The translations under genes were made by a program, and so were the position numbers. DNA of 64,000 nucleotides, taken from the NCBI GenBank assembly GCA_051313645.2, contig JBNRSN020000005.1, forward strand, positions 284,518,001 to 284,582,000, written 5' to 3'. The notes below the pieces were generated by a model, which had not been told where the DNA came from, searched no databases, and worked only from the letters and a program-made list of their open reading frames with translations. Shown here one piece after another: positions 36,501-49,763 of the stretch; the first letter of the stretch is position 1; every line of letters starts with the position of its first letter. Source of the DNA: Centroscyllium fabricii. Taxonomy: Eukaryota.

Positions 36501-38356
36501 CGACCATGCTCGCTGTTGATGAATCAATCCCTTTCCAGGTGGAGAGTGACGCTTCGGACTTCGCCCTTGCTGCCACCCTGAATCAGGCAGGCAGGCCCGT
36601 AGCATTTTTCTCCCGCACCTTACAGGGACCCGAAACTCGCCACTCAGCAGTGGAAAAGGAGGCCCAGGCCATCGTGGAGGCCGTGCGCTACTGGCGTCAT
36701 TGCCTGGCCGGTAAGCGTTTTACCCTGCTCACCGACCAACGGTCGGTAGCGTTTATGTTTAATAATAAACTAAGGGGTAAAATCAAGAATGATAAGATCC
36801 TGCGGTGGCGGATCGAACTCTCGACTTACGAGTACGACATTCTTTACCGACCAGGCAAACTCAACGAACCCCCGGACGCACTGTCCAGGGGACCGTGCGC
36901 CAGTGCCCAGCTAGACCGGCTGAAGGACCTCCACGACCGCCTTTGCCACCCGGGTGTCACCAGACTCGCCCATTTCGTCAAATCTCGTAGCCTCCCCTAC
37001 TCCATTACGGAGATCAAGGCTATGACCCGAGAGTGCCCTGTCTGCGCCGAGTGCAAACCCCACTTTTTCCGGCCAGACACAGCGCACCTCATTAAGGCCA
37101 CCCGCCCCTTTGAACGTCTCAGCGTGGACTTCAAAGGCCCCCTCCCTTCCACCGACCGCAATTCATACTTCCTCACGGTAGTGGATGAGTTTTCACGCTT
37201 CCCATTCGCCTTCCCCTGCCCAGACATGACGAGCGCAACGGTGATCAAACACTTCACTGCGCTGTTCGCCATTTTCGGTCTCCCCAGCTACATCCATAGC
37301 GACCGGGGGTCATCGTTCATGAGCGATGAACTGCGCCAGTTTCTGCTCCAGAGAGGGGTTGCCACGAGCAGAACGACCAGTTATAACCCCCGGGGGAACG
37401 GCCAGGTAGAAAGGGAGAATGGGATCATCTGGATGGCGGTCACCCTGGCCCTCAAGTCCAGAGGCCTTCCAGTGTCCCATTGGCAGGCAGTCCTCCCAGA
37501 CGCGCTGCACTCTATTCGCTCACTGTTGTGTACTGCCACTAACGCCACCCTGCACGATCTGATTTTTTCTTTTAACAGGAGGTCGACTTCGGGGACAGCT
37601 CTTCCTCCATGGCTGATGACTCCGGGGCCGGTTTTGCTTAAAAGGCATGTCCGGAAACACAAGACGGACCCCCTGGTGGACATGGTACAGCTCCTACACG
37701 CAAACCCGCACTACGCCTTCGTGCAGTTCCCGGACGGGCGTGAGGACACCGTGTCCATCAGGGACCTGGCCCCGGTCGGAAACACCACTGCAACGCCTCC
37801 TGCTGGCCAGCAGGCTGACCAACCACCAATCGCACGATGGCCCCCGAGTTTCCCCGACTACGACCCGGACGGCGGGGACCAGCTGAGCCCGCCGCCACCT
37901 GAAGTCACAGCGCCGGCAGATGCGGACCATTTGAACCAGGAGGCACCGCCTCCAACACCGGAGCGCCGGCGGTCCTGCAGGCAGACACGACCGCCGGACA
38001 GACTAATTATGAACTGTTCGATCCATTCACCCCCCCCGGACTCAAAGTTTTTAAGAAGGGGTGAATGTGGTAACCGTTCTATATCAGTTATACCACTGTA
38101 TCACCATGGCTAATGATGGGCTGTGCAGATGTTAGGCACAGCCCTGTTTACTGTGACTCTGTTGGGAGCCAGGTCAGCCACCCCCCCGACTCCTCCCCCA
38201 GGTGAGGCCCCGGTATAGGTGTGGTCTGACCGAGGCTCCATCCATTCCTGTACAGTAGTTCGTCTGAAGAGTAGCTCCGTTCTTTAGTAATTAAAAGCCT
38301 TTAGTTTCGGTAACTACGCGTCGACTCTTTTAATTGAAGACCTTGACGATACGTCA
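33538..38356 (+). mobile_element. Ty3/Gypsy LTR retrotransposon G2 (same family as G1); LTRs 33538-33828 and 38066-38356
   Basis: 291-bp LTRs with about 4 differences by eye, 5-bp TSD AACCT, PPT aagaaggggtgaa. Confidence 0.95.
33854..38113 (+). pseudogene. G2 gag-pol, single frame, one in-frame stop at 34622-34624
   Basis: ORFs 33854-34624 and 34760-38113 are in the same frame, all domains are present, and the ORF runs into the 3' LTR. Confidence 0.92.
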
Positions 38357-40469
38357 AACCTAAAGAATGGAGTGAAGTAAGTGAGAACTAAACTGCATTA
38401 GTAATAAGAATTATGCACTTATACTTATCTCACCTTATTCTAGGAAACAGAGGTCATTCACCAAATAGCAACGTGAGACTACGTCCTTAATTGTCTTTTT
38501 TCCCATCTGGTAAATTTCAACAACAAAAAATTTCCAGTTCAGTATGTGTCACTGTTATAACGATAGATTCCCTATGGATTTCCAGAATCCTTTACGGAAG
38601 ACTCTTGGAGATTTATTACACAGGAACATCAAGCATGGTTTTAATATACTTCTCATTTGAATCAAATTGACACATTTTACATTCTTTTAAACATAATGAA
38701 ATTCCCTTACAACACATCATATTATAAATGACCTCACCATTTGAATTTATGATATAGGTCCAGCCTATAATTCAATACTCAGTGGCAAATATTTTAGTTT
38801 TTAAAGTTTTAAAAGAGAAAGGGATTAAGTACGTTATGGCTCCCCAAACACTGGCTCCATGGACATTCCTAAATTTAAACTAAACATGAAGCTGAAATGC
38901 ATGGATTGCAAGAATGTGATGACATAGGTACTGACATAAATCACAAATATATTAACTTTGTTTATTAGACTAAAATAATATTTCTCAAATACTTTTACAC
39001 AAAGATTATGACCAAAGGTGACAGCCATATTATTTCTGAAGACTTCAGGCAGCTTTATAGGCTATAAGAATTTTGAAGTGTATGCACAACAAATACCAGT
39101 TTGTTCAATGCTATGATAACTAATTGAGCTTATCTTGTACATCTTTAAGGTGTTGTTCACTTCCCAGTAATTGCATGTAATTTTTTCCTAATTTTCAAGC
39201 CTGTAATTTGGCATACTCGTAAATTAGTATGTCATAATGAGTGTAAATGAATTAGTGGTTTTTGATGAACTGATTGTGTGGCATTTGTGAATGTGTATTT
39301 TGCATAGGAATCTAAAACTCATTTAGCATAAATTATGCTGTGCTATACAAACAAAAAAGACAAGGTGAAGGGCTATTAGGAGTATCCTGTTTCTTTAATT
39401 TAATAATGGTCAGAGAAGGAGTTTTAACAAGAGACGTGCTATATTTTCTAGAGGAGGAGTATTTATTGGTTCATATCTCATATGATAATGATACATGCTA
39501 GCACAGCCCACCGGTTCATATAAATTACAAAATGATAACCACTGAATGATTGGGTTCAAAAGCAGCCTTATTTTTAGTTGCTGTATATTTTGTCAAGATA
39601 TTTTATCCTACCTTATAGGTAAGAGCAAGGGAAATGACCGGCGTAAAATAGTTTCTTGATGAAGCCGTTTAAGCTTTTGCAGTGGAGGTTGATTTTAGGA
39701 ACGTACAGCTTATAGAGGATTCGTGTAACTACACGCTACTGTAGGGTGCTAGCACATGGACTTCTGCATATGGTTTCCTACATTGCAAGTTTTCAATCTC
39801 AGCTGGAGCATTAGGTAGCCTCTAAGAGAAGGCTGAGTGCTTTTCCACAGCGAGTGAGGAAAATGGGAGGGCGAGGGGGGGTCAGTCGACTAGTTCTCTC
39901 TTGCTTGCCTACCAGAAGCCAGTTACACAGCAGCGTTGGCCAAGGCCTAAGAACAGTTCACCTGCCTGGAGTTGTTTGTGGTGAAGGGATATCTAACTGA
40001 TGGGGAAATAAGTAACAAAAAGAATATAATTTTGTTGAATACGTGGAATCATGCACGCTTATGTTCCTGACCCCTGCTCTTTGCTCTCAAGTCCTGGTTC
40101 TGTGATTGGCAGGGACCTCGAAGTAAAGCGCTGAGATCAGCAGCATGTCAATTCAATTCAAGTGTACACAAACCATACATTTCCAAAATTGACTTCTGCT
40201 GCAAAAATCCTGAATACCTTCACCATGGATAGTGTGAGGAGGGAATTTTTTAATAGGTACTCTTTTTTAGCCCCTGACTATAAAATGGAAACAATATCAT
40301 GACAACTAGTGGGTAATGCAGGTTTAATTTTATTTGTACTTTTTATTTATTGCTAAATGCATTTATTATCATTTCAGGTGAATTATAAGAAAAAAAAGTG
40401 AGGTGCACAAAATATGTAATACAGGTGATCTTCACCAATGGAGAGAAAATGTTTGCCATTTTTGTACTA

Positions 40470-41079
40470 CAGGTACACAACCCTTTATCCGAAAACCTTG
40501 GGACCGGGCGGGTTTCGGTTTTCGGATAAATATGGTTTTTAGAGTTGGCCCCAGTGCGCATGCGCATTTCCGTGTTTGCGGCCCAGCTCGCAGTCGGGGA
40601 ACGGCATATCAGCCGTTTAGAGCGGGAGATCGGCCGTTTAGAGCGGGGAATCGACCATTTAGAGCGGAGAATCGGCTGTTTGGAGCGGAGAATTGGCTGT
40701 TCAGAGCGGGGAATCGACCATTTAGAGCGGGGAATCGGCCGTTTGGAGCGGAGAATCGGCTGTTTGGAGCGGAGAATCGGCTGTTTAGAGCGGGGAATCG
40801 GCCGTTTGGAGCAGAGAATCGGCTGTTTAGAGCGAGGAATCGGCTGTTTAGAGTGGAGAATCGGCTGTTTGGAGCGGGGGGGTCGGCCGTTTGGAGTGGG
40901 AGATCGGCCGTTTTTTTCCTCAGCACGGCATCAACATCACGAGATCGGGGTAGGAACCTGTTTTTTCTGCTGCAGCTTCAATTAATTTAAGAAAAAAATT
41001 ATTATGTTAGCGCAACCCTGGACTTCGGTTTTTGGAGCTTTTCGGTTTTTGGAGTTGCGGATAAGGGATTGTGTACCTG
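40470..41079. mobile_element. Tc1/mariner-type MITE with an internal 21-bp minisatellite
   Basis: TIRs caggtacacaaccctttatccg / cggataagggattgtgtacctg and TA TSD. Confidence 0.85.
40608..40912. repeat. 21-bp tandem repeat, about 14 copies
   Basis: Unit gaatcggctgtttggagcgga and variants. Confidence 0.9.
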
Positions 41080-44000
41080 TATTATCAGAAGTTTGTTTTC
41101 AATTTTTTTCTACGCATTATATTTCTATATATACATATTTATAAATATAGGTAATACAAAAAAAAGAAAATTCTGTGAATAATGAAGCTTGAAATCAGTG
41201 TAATCTGAAAATAGCGATGTCTTCTGTGGTTTCAGCTTTCAAGTGATTTTCTGTTAAGAACTAACCATTTGTTATTGTATGAAAGCTATACTGGCCATTC
41301 AAAATAACTGCCTCATTGCATAACGTTTAACTGAACCCTGTGTAAGTCAAAAAAAATCTTTTGCCCAAGACCAGTTGGCGTTTTGGATTCTTTAAACAGG
41401 TCCAGCTCTGGGCCTTGGATAAGCAGACCTCCCATAGCAGACATTAACTGGTTGAGAGGCACTTTGGTATGTAACGAAGGGAACAATACTGGGAAAGGAG
41501 CCAAAGTAGAAATACTGGCGCCTGGAACCTAGGGATTTGCCTCCTAGTAATATTACGAGTTGAACTAGGCCTAGCAGTTCTGTTAGGTTGGAAATGGCAT
41601 ACTGTGATCAATGCCTTTGCCAAAGGGACTTAAATAGAGGGAAAGGCTGGCAAGTAACATTTTTTCTACAGTTTTCATACTGTGTGCTGAATTGAGCACA
41701 GGAAATAAAAAGGGGAGGGGGTGAAAAACTGCAGTCTATTAATCCAGGCTACTTCATGAGTCCAACCTTCAGCTGATTTTTTTATTTATTTTCTGATCGT
41801 GCTTTGCCACCCAGAAAGCAGAGACATAAAACAGAAAGTTAAAACTGCTGTCATTCAGAGAAAGGCACGCAAACATGAAATTATTGACATGAGCTCTAAA
41901 AATGACAGCAGTAGAATTGTGCAGTCGAATCTATTCCCTAAGTGCCTGAACCATATAATGTTCTTATTAATTCTATTTGGAATTGTTAAAATAAGAGAGG
42001 TTACAGGCTGAAGAAGAGACCTGGTTTCCTCATGAATACTTACCTTGCTTCTTCCCCGGTGTCCTTGGACTGTCATCGCCAACCTTTGAAGCTGTATCTG
42101 ATTATCCATGCAGCAATTAATCATAATTAAGCAGGGCTGAGAATTGGAAAGGTAGAAGGAGGGTGGCTGCAGATCTGGCATTCATCCTGAGCAGTTTCTG
42201 TTCCCTTTTGGCTTGCGGACTACTTGTTTGGTTCCATGTTTTGAGAAAATGACCCCCCTGTGATCTGTCCCATTTGTGTTTTGGTAATCTTGGCTGAACT
42301 TGGTTCCAAAGCACTCACATTTGTGCTATTTCCAGACGGGAAAGAGCTGGAAATAAATTACATTCTCAATGCCAAGTGACTTGAATTTTGTCTAATTAAA
42401 CATTCAAAACAATGCATTTCAGAATAAAAATTCCACCAAAACACTTGCGTCACTATTAAACATTGCCACAGATTATAAATACAAGATTGCGCTATTTTAA
42501 TTTTCTCTGTGTATATTTAGTTTATCTGCTATTTCTTTTAATCTAACGAATATTTGTCCCAGAATAAAATTTAGGTTAGGAAGCAGAGGAAAAAGTGTCT
42601 TGATATAAATAAATAACTATCTCACATAGCTTTTTATTATTTTGTGGCGCTGCTACTTTTAATTCAAGGAGCATTTATTCCACAATAACATTTATATTAT
42701 ATTTGTTTAAGCACAGGCTAAAACAAATAAATGCCTTATTGAATATACACAGGGCAGAAAGATTTCTTTAAAAAAAAATCAGTTCTAAACTGCGCAATTT
42801 AAATTTTTCAAATAATTTACCCTAATGTTCACGATAGTCTGGTTTAATGTATGTTTAAGCCATTAAAAGCCTGAATAAATGATAATTTATGACAATCAGG
42901 GACAATGTGAAACTTGCAGATTGGTCTCATCAGTAATAAGAAATTAACAACCAATGGATAAAAAGGGCTCAGTGATCCATTATAGAAAGGTTTTCCTGAC
43001 CCTCTCTGGAGCTGTATCACAGAGAAAAAAAATCTTTAAAAATGCAATTGTTAATGTATTGTGATGTGACAGCTTTTAGAAATCATAATGTTTAAACAAT
43101 GGCGACTAATTCTCCAACATAAAAAAAAAATTGTGGTTGCTTTGTAGATGGCACGCATCAGCTTTGCAGTTTTCATGAAATGTATTGGTTTATATTATAA
43201 CGAAATAATACGTTGAGAGCTGTGGAGAGCTCCAGATGAGAGGTGCGTGTCGAAAAGTTGAACTGCTGACAGCAGGGATTTACGCAGAATTAGCAATGTC
43301 AATATTGTGTCTTATCACAGATTTTAGTTTCTTAATAATATTGATTATCATTATTTCCTTGTCTCTTACTGTCCCGCTCAGAGTGGGAGTATGGCCAGGG
43401 GCCTCTGAAATTAACGCTGTACAAATGAAATGGAGGCTGGGAACCAGGATTAAATCAAAATGAATTTTAAGCAGTAGAATATAATTGCAGCTGTTTTAGG
43501 TATAAGGTTTAATGGTTAATTTGATTAGAGATGGGCTAGTTCATTATTTAATTAAAATATATGCTCATCAGATAATGCACTCTGGCTAACCTTTTCATGA
43601 GTTTCTGCTATTTAATAGCATATACAGCGTTACCTGAGGGAATAAACATAGACAAAACACCGACACTTTTCTGAATGAAGCATCTGAAGTAATGATGAAT
43701 TTCTATGGTGGTTTGCTAGAAATTCATATCAGATCCATGAGCTAAATAATAAGCATAGAAAGCATGCTTAAACATATCTGTTATTTTTTTCCTTATAAGG
43801 TGTTGAGATCTGAATCTCTTATCGATGTATCATTTAAAAATCTTTCAGAGTGCACAATTCCTGTGAACAAACTGTTTCACATTGTCATGATTTTTGGTCA
43901 CGATTTATAGCAGCATTTACATTGTAAATTGCTAAATCAGTATTAACCACTCGGTTTTATACCAACTGCCGCGGCACAGTTACAGACTGTGACCACTAGG

Positions 44001-45384
44001 TGGCTCTATAGAGTGGGTTTCTCTCCCAACTCCATCACCATCTTGTATTAAAAAAAACTCTTATATTTGTCAAATGACTGTGGGCAATGCCATGGGCAAT
44101 TTTCTAGTATTTTGTGAAAAAAACTTTGTTCAATGTCATAATAAGCTTACTTGTTATAAGAAGCATCTTTATTAACGCTCCAAAGGTTTTCCTTGAAAAG
44201 CAATGGTCATTGAACTACTTAATGAGTAAAGAAGTGGGCATAGTCCTGCATACATTTAGGTCCTACCCCACCCTCCAGCCCTTCTGGACAGAGATACTGA
44301 AGCTATGATGGGCCTGACTATCATTCTGGACTCAAGTCCACACCACAGGACAAGGAACTCCTACCACTGGGGGAAAAATTGGGTTGCTTTCGCCAGCCGT
44401 TAGCGCCCTAAGAGGGCTGCTAATGGGGCGCAAGGCACCTAGCGCCTGGGCTGGCGCCTCCCATTATATTCAGCGGGGCGCTGGCGGCGGCAGAAGCTGG
44501 TAGCGCCATGTGGTGCTGCGCCGCCGGCGATGACATCGTCACTGTGCGCAGCGCCTCGCTTGCGCTCCAGCCTCAAACTTCACTCGCGCCCGCTGACGTA
44601 GCGCTGGACGCTGTCACCGACAGGATCAGGGCGAAAACAGATGCAACCGGGCCAGCACTATTTAAAGGGGGGTTGCTGGTCGGCCATTTTTCTTGCTGGC
44701 CGACTGCCAGCACCTACCCCCTCTGCTGTCCCCGGCCTTCCCCGATGCCCCCCTGCGGAGTGCTGGTTGTGCTCCGTGAGCCCGACACTTCCCTCGCGTG
44801 CCGGGCTCCTTTGGTAGCACTCTGACCCCCGGCGGTTCAGCGGGGCTCTGGGCTGCGCCGCGCTAGGCCACACCCCTTTAAGAAGGGGAGGAAGGCCTGC
44901 AGTACTGTGTTGCAGCGTGCTGCAGAGCGTGGCGCAGCAACCCACAGCGGCCGAAATTGAGTTGTTGCACCCAAGGAACGAGGTGGGGTGCTTGCAGTAG
45001 CACTCCACCTCCTACTTGGGGCGCTAAAACCCAATTTCAGGCGGGTTAGCGCCTGACATATCGTCAATAATACTCAAGGACGAATAGTTACCTCAACTAA
45101 AGGCTTTTATTAACTATGAACTGAGCTGGTACAGAGCTGGTCTTTGGCTGAGCTCAGGACAGGAAACTGACTGGGGAATGGTGAGCAGCCACCTATGTAC
45201 TCCGACCTGAGGGGAGGAGTTAGAGGCGGGGTCAGTTCCTGCAGCCAGGTATCTACAGGTAGATACAATTACAAGCATTACCACAGTAGGGTCCTTAATG
45301 GTACAACAATATATACATAGTGGTAAATGCAGGATTACCACATTCACCCCTTCTTTAAAAATGAACGTGTGTCAACATTCAGCA

Positions 45385-48300
45385 ATAAGTCTCTCGGGTG
45401 GCCTCGTCTGCCGAAGGGACCGGCGGGGTGCCGGTAATGGTGGTTCCGCCCACGGAGTCGGGGGCGTGATGTCAGTCACCGGTGCTGGCGGCGGTCTGTT
45501 GGTCCCCTCGTTATCGGCTGGTGGAGTCGAAGGCCCCGGTGTGAGTGTGTACGTGGGCCAGCGGCCGGTGGGTGGCGGCTGCTAGAGCTGGGGCTCGGCC
45601 GGGGGTTCAGTGTTCGTGATTCCGGCGGGCGCTGGGTCCCTGATCGAGACTGTGTCTTCGCGCCCGTCCAGGTTTGTCACATATGCGTAATGCGGGTTGG
45701 CGTGGAGCAGGTGCACCCGTTCCACCAGGGGGTCTGTCTTGTGACCGCGGACGTGCTTCCTAAGCAAGACCGACCCCGGGGTGGTCAGCCACAGTGGGAG
45801 TGCAGTCCCCGTAGACGATTTCCTAGGAAAGGAAAACAATTGGTCATGAGGTGTGGCATTGGTGGAGGTGCACAGCAGAGAGCGGATGGAATGGAGTGCG
45901 TCGTGGAGAACCTCTTGCCAACAGGAGATTGGAAGGCCTCTGGACTTAAGGGCCAGGGTGACGACCTTCCAGATCGTCCTGTTCTCTCGTTCTACCTGAC
46001 CGTTCCCCCAGGGGTTATAACTGGTCGTTCTGCTCGAGGCAATCGCGGTCTGGAGCAGAAACTGGCGCAGTTCGTCGCTCATGAACGACGACTCCCGGTC
46101 GCTGTGGATGTAGCCGGGAAGGCCGAAAATGGCGAATAGCGTGGTGAAGTGTTTTATCACCGTTGTGCTCATCATATCTGGGCAGGGGAATGCGAAGGAG
46201 AAACGGGATAACTCGTGGATGACCGTAAAGAAATACGAGTTGTAGTCAGTGGAGGGGAGGGGAGCTTTGAAGTCCACACTCAGGCGCTCGAAGGGGCAGG
46301 TGGCCTTGATGAGGTTCGCTCTGTCCGGTCTGTAAAATCGGGGTTTGCACTCGGCACAGACAGGGCACTCACTGGTCATAGCCTTGATCTTCGAGATGGA
46401 GTAGGGGAGGCTGCGGGACTTGACAAAGTGGGCAAGTCTAGTGACACCCGGGTGGCAGAGGCTATCGTGGAAGGCCTGCAGCGGGTCGAGCTGGGCGCTG
46501 GCACACGTTCCCCTCGACAGGGTGTCCGGGGGCTCGTTGAGCTTACCGGGCCGGTAAAGAATGTTGCACTCGTAAGTCGAGAGTTCGATCCACCACCGAA
46601 GGGTCTTGTCATTCTTAAATTTACCCCGTTGTTTATTGTTAAACATAAACGCTACCGACCGTTGGTCGGTGAGCAGGGTAAATCTTTTACTGGCCAGGTA
46701 GTGGCGCCAGTAGCGCACTGCCTCCACAATAGCCTGGGCCTCCTTTTCCACTGATGAGTGGCGAATTTCGGGTCACTGTAGGGTCCGGGAGAAGAACGCA
46801 ACGGGCCTGCCCGCCTGGTTGAGGGTGGCGGCGAGGGCAAAGTCTGATGCGTCGCTCTCCACCTGGAAGGGGATGGACTCATCAACGGCGTGCATGGTAG
46901 CTTTGATGATGTCTCCCTTAATCAGGGCGAAGGCCGCTTGGGCTTCTGCCAAGAGTGGGAAGACGTCGGACTTGAGAAGAGGCCTGGCCTTCTCCGCGTA
47001 CTGGGGCACCCATTGTGCGTAATAGGAGAAAAACCCCAGGCATCTCTTCAAGGCTTTGAGGTTGTGAGGTAAGGGCAGCTCCTGCAGGGGGCGCATACGC
47101 TGGGGATCGGGGCCGAGGACCCCGTTTTCCACCATGTAGCCGAGGATGGCGAGCCGGTCCGTACTAAAGATACACTTGTCCTTATTGTACGTCAGGTTCA
47201 GCCATTGGGCCGTGTGAAGGAATTTGGCGAGATTGGCATCGTGATCCTGCTGGTCATGGCCGCAGATGGTCATGTTGTCCAGATAGGGGAAGGTGGCCTG
47301 CAACTCGTTCTGGTCAGCCATCCGGTCCATCTCCCGTTGGAAGACAGACACTCCATTGGTAACGCCGAAGGGGACCCGGAGGAAGTGGTAGAGTCGACCG
47401 TTCGCCTCGAAGGCAGTGTACCGGCAGTCTGACGCCCGGATGGGGAGCTGGTGATACGCCGACTTAAGGTCAATAGTGGAGAAGTCCTTATACTGGGCGA
47501 TCTGGTTGACCATATCCGAGATTCGGGGGAATGGGTACGCATCGAGCCCAGTGTAGCGGTTAATGGTCTGGCTATAGTCTATGACCATGTGCAGTTTCTC
47601 GCCTGTCTTAACCACCATGACCTGGGCCCTCCAGGGGCCGGTGCTGGCTTCGATGATCCCTTCCCGTAACAGGCGCTCGACCTCCGTCCTGATAAACGCC
47701 CAGTCCCCTGCATTGTAACGCCAACTCTTGGTCGCAATGGGCTTGCATTTAGGGTCAAGGTTGGCGAACAGTGAGGGAGATTTGGTAGCGCGTGGGCTGG
47801 GTCTGCAGTGCGTAGCGCTGCACCGTGTCGGGGTGTATAAAACTCTCTGTGCTGCCAGTGTCGAATAGGCAGGTAGTGGCATGCCCCTCCACCTTGATTG
47901 CCATCATGGAGTTGGACAAGGTGTGCGGCCTGGACTGGTCGGCCATGGCTGAGGCCAATGTTGGATGAGTGTAGGGGCCCTCCGGTAGCTGGGGCGAGTA
48001 GCAAGATGGCCACGCTGAAGATGGCGGCACCGGTGATTCGCACGCAGCTGGCCGTTGCCAAGATGGCGGCACCTGGTGCGACAAAGATGGCGGCGCCTGT
48101 GGTTCGCACGCAGCTGGCCGCTGTTGTGGGTAGGATGGCGGCGCCCATGGTTCGCACATGGCCGGCCGCATCTGCACCAAAGATGGCGGCGCCCGTGGTT
48201 CGCACGCAGCTGGCCGCTGTTGTGGGGAAGATGGCGGTGCCCTGGGTTCACACATGGCCGGTCGCGACCACGCTGAAGATGGCGGCGCCTGTGCTATGCG

Positions 48301-49194
48301 CGCAGCTGGCTGCTGCCGTGATTTTAAATGTGATGGCGGCGCCCGGGGTTCGCACGCGGCTGGCCACTGCTGGGTCGCGCTGCAGCACTATACCTGTGGC
48401 CATGGAGTGGCATCGTTAGCTTTGCAGGCCGTGCTGTTGGGTCCGGAGGTCGGGCTTGACTTGCAGACTTTGGCGAAGTGGCCCTTCTTCCCGCACTTCC
48501 CGCAGGACGCGCTCTTCGCGGGGCTCAGTGATCACCGGTGTTTCGCCAGGCCGCAGAAGTAGCATTTGGGCCCCGCCGGTGTCTACGCAGCAGTCGCTGC
48601 CGTCGTCGGGGCTTTGGCCCGTGTCTGCGGCGCCCAGAGGTTAGATAGGCCCGAATGGGGGTTGCTCTCCCCATATGCGTCCAGGCGCCGGAGCACCCCG
48701 TCCACCGCATTGGAGAGCATAATGGCGGACTCGAGCGACAGTGTCTCTTGTTCCAGCAGCCATTGGCGGGCCTGGCTGGACCTGAGTCCCGTAACGTATG
48801 CGTCTCGGACCAGGTGGTTGGCGTATTCCTCAGCCGTCACTGCCTGGCAGCCACAGGCCCGGACGAGCGCTTGAAGAAACTCCTCATTTGATTCACCCAG
48901 CCGTTGCCTTCTGGCCACCAGTAGATGCCTGGCATAGACAGCGTTGACCGGGCGCATATTGATGTCCTTCAGCTTCTTGGCGGCGTCAGTAAAAGTTTTG
49001 GTGTCTCTCATCAAAGAGTACACCCAGCCGCTGACTCTGGAAACCAGTACTTGCAGCTTGTCTTCGTTGCTGGTCGCTTTTACAGCCTTCATGTAGGCCT
49101 CGACACAGCGAAACCAATGTTGGAAGTCGTTGGCAGCGTCCGGCGCCTGGGGATTGAGATCGAGGCGTTCCGGCTTTACTGCGCTGCTGTCCAT
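45385..49194 (-). pseudogene. G3 gag-pol with multiple frameshifts and stops
   Basis: ORF fragments 48583-49200 (gag), 47755-48255 (PR), 46773-47882 (RT/RH, YLDN) and 45582-46751 (RH/IN). Confidence 0.9.
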
Positions 49195-49676
49195 TTTCAA
49201 AAATAGTTAAAATTGACGTATCGTCAATAATACTCAAAGACGAATAGTTTCCTCAACTAAAGGCTTTTATTGACTATGAACTGAGCTGGTACAGAGCTGG
49301 TCTTTGGCTGAGCTCAGAACAGGAAAATGACTGGGGAATGGTGAGCGGCCACCTATGTACTCCGACCTGAGGGGAGGAGTTAGAGGCGGGGTCAGTTCCT
49401 GCAGCCAGGTATCTACAGGTATATACAATTGTGTGGCGGCACGCCCACTGAGACATCGAATCCGCCACGGGGACTCCGCGGAGCAAAGCACCGCTCATCC
49501 GGGTGACGTGACGACGTCATCACGTCGGCCGACGCGATGACGTCACCAACCGCGGGACTGTTTAAATACGATTGCTGCGAGTGGTTCACTCTCTTTCTTG
49601 TTTTACTTAGTGTAATAAAGCTGTGTTTTCTCTAGCTCTGGCTCACGTGTGGTTCCTAGGCCTGCCGGCGCTACAG

Positions 49677-49688
49677 TGGTGACCCCGA
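49677..49688 (+). promoter_or_regulatory. tRNA-Trp primer binding site of C1
   Basis: TGGTGACCCCGA lies 1 nt after the LTR and is complementary to the 3' end of tRNA-Trp. Confidence 0.85.
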
Positions 49689-49763
49689 ACTGGAACGACT
49701 TCCAGTGAAGAAAAAGCTGCCGCAGGATCTGGGACCACCAGCCAAAGACTTTTTTAAGAAAGC

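Noticed and set aside
40403-40990. 195-aa and 146-aa ORFs with heptad-like repeats
   Set aside because: By-products of a stop-free 21-bp minisatellite inside a MITE.
42044-42346. Protein-coding host exon on the minus strand
   Set aside because: Splice-like signals exist, but stop codons interrupt all three frames from the acceptor.
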